Source of the DNA: Camelus ferus
Lineage: Eukaryota
Direction of reading: 5' to 3'
NCBI RefSeq assembly: GCF_009834535.1
Contig: NC_045696.1
Coordinates: 5,644,001-5,708,000, forward strand
DNA: 64,000 nucleotides
The position numbers and the translations under genes were made by a program. Below are positions 14,101 through 24,002 of this stretch, piece after piece (position 1 is the first letter of the stretch; every line of letters begins with the position of its first letter). The notes below the pieces were generated by a model, which was not told the origin of the DNA, ran no database searches, and was given only the letters and a program-made list of their open reading frames with translations.

Positions 14101-17100
14101 GGCTTTAATCTTTAAAAATCTTAAAACTATTCATCTATATCAGAGATCCTTTTTACAATGCAGTTACCAACAGGACTAACTTTTCTTCCCGATGTCCCAG
14201 TCTACATGGCACACTAATCTGCAGGTGGGAGGCTAGTCTGTCTCAGCCTGGGCAGGCCCTGCTGTATGTTTCCACAGCCATGCACACTCTCGGCACACGG
14301 GCCGTCCAACAAAAGTGCTCTCCATCCCCAGAGACTGTTAGGAACGGTGGCAAACATAAAGTTGGATAAGACCTGATCCCTACCCTGAAGTCTACACTCA
14401 GACAAGGACACCGCCAGGCATTTTTTAGAGAGTGCTCACAAAAGCCCCTAGGAATCCACTATGGGATTTTTCTAGGCTTCTCTCAGAAAAGTGTTGATTT
14501 TGAAAATGTCAACCTACAGAGAATGAAGAAAATCTAAGAGGATGTTAGATGTTTCTCCATTTAGAAAGCAAATGTTCACCAGCAACTAAGGAGAAAGTAA
14601 TCATTATTACTGGGTCCCTTCTAGACAACTTAAAACTTCCTATCAACACTGAGAACACTCAAGAATCAAAGCAGATATGCTATGAATCTTTCCATAAAGA
14701 ATTCTCTATTAATCAGCCCTTAAGAAGCTTTCCATGCCACAAGTGTTTCCATGCCATGAGTTTTGAGCTTATCCGTCATCTTGTTGATCTTTCTCTCCAG
14801 CCTGGCGTATCTGGCGAACTCATCCATCATGTTGACAGTGGAGAGCTCCTGCTTCATGTCCTGGATCTCTGCCCGCATCTGGGACTCCTGCTCTGCATCT
14901 TTCTGCAGCACCCTGGACATCTGGGGGAGTAAACAGCTGGGATTGGTGCCTTTCCATGTGGGGTACACCTTCCCCTCACCTCCTCCACCATGCTACCCCG
15001 CTGCTCCTTCCTGCTGGGCAAGCTGCCCTTTACCTCCAGAGCCAGGCTCTGCTGCCTCGTCCTGGTCCTGGTCCTGGTCCTGGTCCTTGTCCTACCCACA
15101 GCAACCACAAAAACAAGAACTCCCTCCCAGGCGAGTCTCTACTCAGCTATGTTTTTCCTTTCGCATGTATGTCCATGCATGGCTCCCGTACACACGTATC
15201 CTTCACTTTAGGTGTAAAATTGTGATTATAAAGTGAAAACCGATGCCATTCTCAGAGCTGCATTCAGGTGACAAGGACCGTACATTCTCTTCCCTTCAGG
15301 ATGGCAGATGTCAGGGATGAGTTGGTGGTGCAGTGGGGAGGGTATTCCCGCAGAGGGGCTGCCTGGGACGAGAGTCAGGGTAGAGGGGAGGAAGGCACCC
15401 AGCAGAACACTCTGTCAGAGCCCAGAGGGGCAGCGGGCATCCATACTGCGGAGGAGGTAGTGGAGGTGGCAGATCAGTTACAAAGAACTGAGTAAGTCAA
15501 GTAAACACACTGAGGAAAAGGGGAGCCAGTGCTCTCGCTGTCAGAAAAGGGAGCTTGGAAATAAGGATCGGGAGAGAACTAGAGTGAGCCCTGTGGTGCC
15601 GGGTTAGAATAGGAAACATGGGGTGAACTCGCTGTTTTCCACAGATACACAGAGGAAACAACAGGCATAAATGTTTGTGAAGTGGCACTTCTGACAGCAA
15701 GGCCCCACATGGGAGACAGCCGGCCCAGGCGCCCTCCCCAGGTGTAGCGGACTCGGACCCGAGTGTGAAGGTCACCGCCGCGCAGTCCCCAGATGCATCC
15801 CCCATGCACCCACCCACACACAACACCTGCCATAACACTACCTGTGGCAGGGCTCCAGATGGCAGTGGCTGCCAGGTGGCGCTCGACAAACCATGGGGAC
15901 AGGTGTGGGTCCCAGGAGAGCAAGGAGACCACAAGAGCGCACTGGTGCGGGGAGGTCCACTGGCAGCCTCATGGGGACTGAAAATTCCTCAGGCACCTGC
16001 CCCTAATGATGAGTGTACATGCCCAAATCAATGCCCACAGTACCTGATGAGATGCAATGAGAACACAGCATCCTGTATGTGACATCCCCACCAGACATCG
16101 GACAGAGATGCCCACGGAACGTCATTCAGCAAAATCACTGCCCTCTGATACTCGGAAATGTCAGCCCATGCAAGCCAAGGAAAAACCCAGACTCCTTCTA
16201 GACTGAAGAGACTTGACAAACATGTACAACGCACAGTACTGACTGCGGTCCTTCTGCTCCAGAGGACGTCGCTGGGAGGAGAAACCCTGATCCAGATAGC
16301 AGGAATGTACCTGACGGCTGTACTGCGGGCAAGGCCCCTGCTTAGACACTGAAGTATCAGAGAAAGAGGGCGCTCAGACTGACAACTTACTCACAAACGG
16401 CTCAGGAAACAAAACCAGTTCTTTGTATTGTATGCGTAACTTTTCTGCACATTTGCCTTTGTTTCAAAAATTTTTTAATATATTAATAAAAAAGATGAAA
16501 GAGGATAATATATTTAAGTGTACTGGCACATAGCAAGTGAGTCTGTCAACTGACAGTTATTATTGTCAACAATAAGTGAGCCTGTCCCTCTAGCTCCCGG
16601 TCCCCTCAGCCTGGTGCACAGTAGGGCGACTTTGCAGTTCCAGCTGGGGAGCCCCTCCTGCGGGTCTCCTAGGCCAGTCCAGGGACTGCGCAACGAGGCC
16701 CTTTGGTCTCCAGAGGGCGCCTGCGCAGTAGTACGGTGTGTTCACCACTGTGCCACTTCCTGCAGGCCCCAAGCCTGGAGTAGGGGGTCTTCAAACTCGG
16801 CTCTGCCTTCTCCCCTTTGTCCTGGACTGACCACAACCCAACATTCTAACTAAAGGACATAAACTCCAACCTGATCCACCCTGAGAAGAAAATAGGAATG
16901 AGGCAAATTATCCTTAAAAATCAGAGAATGATCTTAATGAGCAAGGACTCTACAGATGCTGCTTAAACTTTGTAAATCAAGAAACAGGTGGGGAAAGGAC
17001 ATTTGGAGGTGACAGAGATATTATCCTGTTTTGATGGTTGTCTTACTGATTATGTGTGCCAGAACTCATCAAACTGCCCACCTACGAGAAGCGCATTTTG

Positions 17101-20100
17101 TTGAATATAAATTACACATCAGTAAGCCTGACTTTTAAAACTAGGATTTAAAAAGAAATAGAGGGGCAAACACATAAGCACTACAGAGAAAATAGGCTAT
17201 GCTTCACAATTTTTTTTTTAACAAATTGAAGGCCTGGAGCAATCCTACATTGACCAAGTTTATCCGCACCGTTTTTCCAACAGTATTTGCTCACTTCTTG
17301 TCTGTTACATTCTGATAATTCTCATACTATTTCAAACTTTTTCATTATTATTATATTTGTTACAGTGATCTGTGATTAGTGATCTTTGATGTTACTACTG
17401 TAGCTTGCTGAGGGCTCAGACGGTTAGCATTTTTTTTAGCAATGAAGTATTTTTTAATTAAGGTAGGTACACTGGGTTTTTAGACATAACGCTATCGTAC
17501 ACTTAACAGATCACAGTATAGTGTAAACGTGAATTTTATATGCACTGGCAAACCGAAAAGTGTGTAACTCGCTTTACTGTGATACTCACTTTACTGCAGT
17601 GGTCTGGAACTGAACCCTCAGTATCTCCAAGGTACACTGTACATAAAACAATTAAAAACTGGTTAAAACTGGTTACTCAGGAGTGGAAGGTGAACGAAGG
17701 TGGGATAATAAACTTGAAGGCAACCGAAAAGATCTATAGTTAAAATCAGGCAATTGTGCTCTGGGGTGGGGGTGGGGGATTGCATTAAGAGGTATGAAAA
17801 AAACTTTGAAAAGTGTTTGCCAGTAGGTACCAACATTAATCCAAGAGCTCTTTATAAATGACCATTAAAATATACCAGAATTACTAACTGAATTGTAAGA
17901 TTTAATAAGATTTGAATGTAAATGTATTCTTAATACTAATTTTTAAAACAAAAATAAATCTCTGAAGTTTTATGTACTCAAAAGTGTATTAAATCTCCCG
18001 CTTTACAGGAAAAGATAAGCTGTATGGGGTATAGCTTTTCAAGGACCTGGAGATGGGTTCACAAAGAACTCTAAAGCAGTAAGTTTTTTAAAATTCTTAT
18101 CAAAATGATGGGCTGGTTGGAGAATCTAGAGAGAAAACAAGGGCAGAACCAATCCTTTTGTAACTCTTGTCCCCAGATGCTGGCTGTTTGGTGTGAGCTC
18201 ACAGCATCCCCCTCAGGATCCTGTCCAAGTTCGACATTCTCGTTGCCAACAAAATGCCAGGACTTGAACTTGGGGTCACACTGGGGAGGTTTAAATCCTC
18301 ATTCCACCACTCACTGGCTGGAATTCGCTGGACCAGACCCATGTGAACATTGTGCAGGACACTTACAGCTCGAAGGCTCGTCCCTCTTGGAAAACGGCAA
18401 GGGCCCCTGGCAATGACACGCTCAGGTGTGTCCCTAACACCGGGGGCCGACTCCTTACCCCGGGAAGGGGCCAAGGCCCCTGCCAAGCTGCAGACCCAGA
18501 ACAAGCCCACATGTCACCCGTGGCCAGGGCCACCAAGTCAGACCCCCTCCTCGCGGCACTGATCTCCCACACGTGGAAGACCCCATCAGCCAGGCCCCAC
18601 TTGCTCGTGAGTACTCAACCCCCATCGCCCCCTCTTGTCATCTCCTCAACTAATACTTGGGGCCCATCCTCATGCCTGGTCCACAGCAAGAACTCCCTAG
18701 ACGACGTGCTCCCTGGAAACGGGGAGGGTCTCAGGAAGACCCGCAGTGGCAGGTCCTGCAGTGTCCACCCCTCACCTCAGTGACCCAGGCCCCTAGAGGG
18801 AAAGGGAGGCGGCCACTTTTCAGAGCAGAAAACTAAGAGTAATTTTGAAGTCAAATATAAAAGTGGTGGTCAGCCACACAAATCACTCCCAGAACGGAAG
18901 CCTGCGCGGTGCCCGTGTGCAAAGACCGTAACACGCTGGTCTGTGAGGGAGGGGCCGTTGGCGCTTGCGCAGTGCACATGGCTCGCCGGGGCCTTCAGGC
19001 CGCCCTCCTGCCCGTTGGTCCTGGGGCGCCTGCGACGGGTTGGCTCTCCCGGACCCTCACCCCTCCTCCACCACGCCAAGCCTAGGGCGCCTGCGCAGTG
19101 CACGCGGCTCGCCCTCCAGCGCATAGGTTTTGGGGCGCCTGCGCAGGGGACGTGGCTCACTAGGACCCTCCTCTCGCCCTTTGCCACGCCAGATCTGGGG
19201 GTACCTGCGCAGCACAGTGCTACCCAGGGTCGTTTTTGTCCCTTCCTCCCACGCCTTTGGCTGTAGAAAAGTCCTGGATCGCATACATGAACCAAGCTTT
19301 CTCATCCATGTGTCCTGTGACCAGCTTGAAGGGGAAAAAATAAAGAACTCTCAGGAAAATTCTAATCAAGTGAACACTAAGGACTGGGTGTCCGTATCCA
19401 CGCCCCAACACCGCACCCCAGTATTCGGCTGAGATCCCAACCCAGGTCCTTGTAGCGCTTTGCTGAAGTGAGGACTTCTTATACTTGAGAGATCTCCTCA
19501 AGGGCCTGCCTGACTAGTGGGGTGGCGCGCCCCTCCCCTGCTTCTGGCTGGGGGGAAGGTTACGGCTGAAGTACCGGCATGGCACATTCCCAGGCAAACT
19601 GCTTATCCGGAGTCTCCCCTTGCATCCTCACATCAGAGCTCCTGACGGGGCGGCCTCCAGTGGCCGTGCAGGGGCAGCAATTCACGCTACACGGGACCGG
19701 TGCGTTCCCTACAGCTTTTCACTGACCCTCAGCACAAACCCAGTGACCAGGGGGAACAGATCTCTTTATTACTTTTCCGGTTTGAAGGCCAACAACAGGG
19801 ACTGTACTCGGTTAGAATAATGCTATGCTTTTGAACCTGGCTAACAACTCTGACCAAACCGTGTTACAACCAAGGGGAAGCAGGTTTAGGAAGCTAACTG
19901 GTTTGAGGTTGGAGAGGCCGTACAGCCTGTAGGATGCGGCACAGGCCGGACACAGGTCTAAGGGCGAACCCAGTGCTCTTTCACCTAAATGACAGCCACC
20001 CTGATAGGTACGAGCCTCGTGCATGTGCAGGCTGCAGTAGTAGCTTCTTAGGAGAGTGTGCTGGAGCGCAGGTTTGCTGTAGCCTTGGCAAAGGAGCCAG

Positions 20101-22659
20101 AGATGATGACAGGTCTTATTTATAGCCGCTGCCATACCGCAAACACACTCCTCCTTCCCCCTCCGCTTATGAGAAATTAGCAACAATTCATAGAGGAATA
20201 CAAAACCAACACAGCCTCTTTGAACAATTGAGACTAGCTGCGCATGTGGTTCCAATATCAGGTGAAATGGGGTTGGTAGGAAGAATGGAGGTGACGTTGC
20301 AAGAAAGATGGGCAGGCAACCCACAGAATGGAAGAAAATATTTGCAAATCATATAGCTGATAAGGCGTTAACATCCAGACTATATAAAGAATTCCTAACT
20401 CAGCCACAAAAACACAGCCCCTCACATTCAATGTGGGCCCCCAGAGGGCACCCTTCCCCTAGGGACAGCTCCTGAAGCCCCATTAAAAAGTGGGCCAAGG
20501 ACCCAAAAAGACATTTTTCAAAATATAGATAGTTGCATATGAAATGAAGTTCAACATCACCAATCATTAGGAAAATACAAGTCAAAACCACAATGAGATG
20601 CCACTTGCATCCATTAGGATGGCTATTATCAAAAAAAATCTAAAAAAACAAGTGTTGGAGAATGAGAAATTGGGGCTCTTGCGCATTGTTGATGAGGATG
20701 TAAAATGATGCAGCCACTCCAGCAAACAGTATGGCAGTTTCACAAAAACATTAAAAATAGAATTACCATATGATCCAGCAATTCCACTTCTGGGTATTTA
20801 CCCAAAGAACTGAAAGCAGAGACTCGAATAAATACTTGTACATCAACATTCTAGCATCATTACTCACAATAGTCAAAAGGTGGAAACAACCTAAATGGCC
20901 ATCAAAAGATGAATGGACAGACAAAATGTGGTATATACACACAATGGATTTTTCAGCTTCAAAAAGGGGAAATCCTAACACAGGCTACAAACCCTAAGGA
21001 CATTATGCTGAATGAAATAAGCAAGATATAAAAGAACAAATATTATATGATTTCATTTATATGAGGTGCCTGGAGTAGTCAACTTCATAAAGACAGAGTA
21101 GAATAGTAGCTGCCAGGCTCTGGGGGAAGGAGGAACTGGGAGTCAGTGTTCAATGTGGACAGAGTTTCAGTTGAGGAAGATAAAAAAGTTCTGGAAATGG
21201 ATGGTGGTGATGATTGCACAACAATGTGAATGTACTCAATGCCACTGAGCTATATATACACCTAAAAATGGTTAAAATGGTTACTTTTATTATGTATATT
21301 TTACCACAATTTTTTTTTAATAAGAAGACAGGTGGGCAAGGGCTTGCTCTTCAGGAGTCTTTTATGCCATGCTAAATGCTTGGGACATCATCTTAAAGAC
21401 AAAGTAAAATAAGGAAAGAATCTGAAGAGGGGGGGATAGCATTAAGAGAGAATGCCTTATGCCTCAGGAGAACCTGAGTGGTAAGGTCCTAGAACAGAGT
21501 TTTTACACAAAACAGGCACTCAATGGATACCAACAGGGTGAAACATAAAGTAGAAATCCTGCCTAGTCTTAAATACCCCACCACCACTACTTTATACCAG
21601 GAAAGAAAAGCGGCAGAACTGAGTTCCAAGGACACTGCTACATGTACACCCCATCTTTGAAGTCTCCGAGTCAGTCCTTCACTGCCACAGTGGGCATACA
21701 GAGGGCGCCCTTCCCCAGGGATCAGCCCCCTATGTTCCCCCTACACACCTCCCATCAAATTTGCCACCAAAACCCCCATTCATGCTCCAAAAAGCAGGGC
21801 AGACCGAGGAGAATCACAAACGGAGAATCACAAACCAAGGATCAAATCTCCACCCCAACAGTCACTACTAGCTTGATGACTTAGCACAACTACTAGACTG
21901 AGTCAGACACCTCCTCCGAGAGGTGACGAAGATGAGACGACAGCCACTGCAGCTGTGGCAACTGGACACGAGGTAAAGTACTCATGATGGGCAAAGCGCC
22001 CGTCGCTCCTTCAGGTACAGGAAACATCACAAAGCACTGACTCTGTCTACACTGTCAGTCACCCCACCCCACCCCCCAAGAATGGGGGCCCGTGCACTTG
22101 AGATGCGTCCGTCCTCCAGGACATGGCACAGCTAACACCGCATGCGAGGGAGCCCTGGCCCCGTCCTGCCCCAGGCACTGGCCCCCAGCAGCCCAAGGCT
22201 GCTCGATGCCCCCAGGGACCAGGGGAAACGGAAGTGAGCGCGGCTGGCAGGGCACTGGGAACTTCAGCCTGGGGAGGGTTGCCACGTGAAAACGTGGCCG
22301 AGTGTTGCCAGGTATTTCTTTTCTTCTCCCCAATAATCCAGAAATCCGGATTTGAGAGTAAAACTTTACAGCTGTTAGACGCTAGCAACTACCTCAAAAA
22401 TACCTTAAAAAACAGAACGGCCCAACCAAGAGGCCTCCGCAGGCCGAATCCGGCCCTCAACAGGCCAGTTTGAGACCCTTATCTGTGTCCACATCAGGCT
22501 CGCCAGGGACTGAGGCGGAGAGCCCACCGGCCCCTGAAGGGCCAAGCAGCCACTTACGAAGGAGGAGAAGGACGGGAGGAGGATCCTGAGTACATTGCAC
22601 CCAAACACGAAGCTGAGCACCAGCAGCCACGCCCAGCGGTCGGCCTCAGCCGCGCTCAT
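11063..22659 (-). CDS. GET1: GET1/WRB, guided entry of tail-anchored proteins factor 1 (ER insertase subunit); join of complement(22558..22659,14755..14920,13827..13894,12521..12635,11063..11136), 525 nt = 174 aa + stop
   Basis: Spliced translation MSAAEADRWAWLLVLSFVFGCNVLRILLPSFSSF|MSRVLQKDAEQ...KLKTH|VKARTAQLAKIKWVISVAFYILQ|ATLMVSLIWKYYSVPVAVVPSKWITPLDRLVAFPTRVA|GGVGITCWILVCNKVVAIVLHPFS* closely matches mammalian WRB as I recall it. Exon phases are consistent and all acceptors are AG. Confidence 0.97.
12521..12635 (-). CDS. GET1: GET1 exon 4 (115 nt)
   Basis: tgcag|GCG ACC; ATLMVSLIWKYYSVPVAVVPSKWITPLDRLVAFPTRVA+G|gtaaga. Confidence 0.95.
13827..13894 (-). CDS. GET1: GET1 exon 3 (68 nt)
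   Basis: tttcag|TG AAA GCA...; KARTAQLAKIKWVISVAFYILQ|gtaagt. Confidence 0.95.
14755..14920 (-). CDS. GET1: GET1 exon 2 (cytosolic coiled coil, 166 nt)
   Basis: cag|ATGTCC acceptor; MSRVLQKDAEQESQMRAEIQDMKQELSTVNMMDEFARYARLERKINKMTDKLKTH+G; donor reads G|gcatgg (GC). Confidence 0.93.
15055..15093. repeat. (CCTGGT)n hexamer microsatellite in GET1 intron 1
   Basis: cctcgt cctggt x4 ccttgt cct. Confidence 0.9.
17200..17641 (+). mobile_element. Internally deleted Tigger1 (TcMar) DNA transposon
   Basis: Tigger1 5'-region motif tttttaacaaattgaagg joined to a 3' end gtggtctggaactgaaccctcagtatctccaaggtacactgta. Confidence 0.75.
18890..19230. repeat. Degenerate ~50-65 bp tandem array in an intronic CpG-rich segment, each unit headed by a GGCGCCTGCGCA-like motif
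   Basis: Unit heads near 18897, 18960, 19025, 19086, 19134 and 19200; alternating unit bodies. Confidence 0.7.
20300..21320 (+). mobile_element. L1 3' end (L1MB-like) in GET1 intron 1
   Basis: ORF2 C-terminal motifs (ccatatgatccagcaattccacttctgggt) and an L1MB-type 3'UTR. Confidence 0.85.
22558..22659 (-). CDS. GET1: GET1 coding exon 1 (34 codons)
   Basis: ATG at 22659-22657; ends TTC|gtaagt; lies in a CpG island. Confidence 0.96.
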
Positions 22660-22688
22660 CTCGCAAGCTGACGGCGGCGCCGGCTCAG

Positions 22689-22703
22689 CTAAAGCAGCTC
22701 CAT
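22689..22703 (-). other. uORF ATG GAG CTG CTT TAG (MELL*) upstream of the GET1 ATG
   Basis: Read directly; ends 29 nt upstream of the main ATG; G at +4. Confidence 0.6.
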
Positions 22704-24002
22704 GGGGCCCACGCCGACGGCCGCGCCTGCGCAGTGAGCCCAGCGCCCGCAAAGGCAGGCCGCCGCGCCTGCGCTTTACGCCGCACTCGGGGAGGCGGGG
22801 CCGGCTTCTCCTCCAGATCCTGCTTAACTGCAGCCTCCCCCTTGGCCTTCCCGGCTTCCGTAGCCTCCCGCTGCGCCCCCATCACCCAGGCTGAACCTGC
22901 TTTATAAAATTTGGTGTTTGCGCTGCTACCGTCTCTCGAGCTTTGTTGTATGTGCAAACCAGTTGTGTTATTATGTAGTTAATATGTCCTTTAAACTGAT
23001 TCACCTTTATTCCTAAATAAATATTTATTTTTAAGTAAACCTTTCTATAAATAGAAAACTACCGTAATTGTAGTAGCAAGTAACCATAAAAAGAAAAACG
23101 TTTCGTAGGTAGTTGTTAGTAAGTAGTTAGGGTTTACATTTCAAAACTAAACACTGTAATAAATATAAGAAATTTACAAAACTGCATACCCAAAAAATAA
23201 GTATTAATTTAAAAGGCACTGTTTACATTCAGCCTGTGGTGAAGTAACCCATATTTAGGTGAAGATGAAGTTTTACAGAAAAAGTATTCCAATTCACGTT
23301 TACATACAGTAAATAAAGCAAAAGATGGTTAGCTGCCTCTTCTGCCGTGGTTGGAGTCCGAGAACTAATTCCCAAACAAAATAATCAGTGAGCTGTGGTT
23401 CTATACGTTTCTGATTGAAGAAAACATGTAACGTGAAGCTATTCAAAATGAGTAGAGTGAATTTTTTCCATGGAAAGGTTTCTTGACTTGTAGGTGAGGC
23501 TGAACTGGCCAAAACAAAAGACAGGCTTGCAGCCTCCTTCTCTCCACAGCCTTCCCTTCCAGCTGGACCATCCAAAGCTGCAGCCAGGCTACTAGCTCCT
23601 CTACCCACCAGAGGTTTAGAAGAATTGGAAGTAGAAACCACCTCTTGAAAAGTGATGGTAGATCCTCCTGTCTCCACTCCCCCAGCCTCTGCCTTTTAGG
23701 CAGGAGAGAGTGTGGACTTCTCCCCACCCCTAACATACCCCACCCCAGTACCACATCCCCCTAGGAGGAGGATCATCAATTCCTGATGAGGCAAGAATAT
23801 GACAAAAACATTGGAGAGTCTCCTTGACTGTGCAACAGTGGTGGGAGAAGGCCAGCAGTACCTGGCCTGCAAAAGCAACCTAATTTGATCAACTCAGCTC
23901 TCTATTTCATTTGGGCAACTCTCAAAAAGAGCACTAACAATTGAAGGTTGAATTAGTCCACTAACATGTGGAAAGAAAATATGAAAGCCAGGACATCTCA
24001 GT

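Larger units (their letters stand above)
22400..22900 (-). promoter_or_regulatory. GET1 CpG-island promoter with two NRF1-type motifs and a GC box
   Basis: High GC/CpG density; GCGCCTGCGCA 22723-22733, GCGCCTGCGC 22765-22774, GAGGCGGGGCC near 22792. Confidence 0.8.

Noticed and set aside
14854..15236. ORFs with RTRTRT, SWSWSW, PGPGPG or LVLVLV repeats
   Set aside because: Translations of an intronic (CCTGGT)n microsatellite
18890..19230. Repeat-spacer appearance suggestive of a CRISPR array
   Set aside because: Mammalian intron; the repeats are short and degenerate, the 'spacers' are homologous to each other, and there are no cas genes
23300..23754. Minus-strand ORFs of 125 and 103 aa
   Set aside because: No recognisable protein; flank of the RNF6 retrocopy
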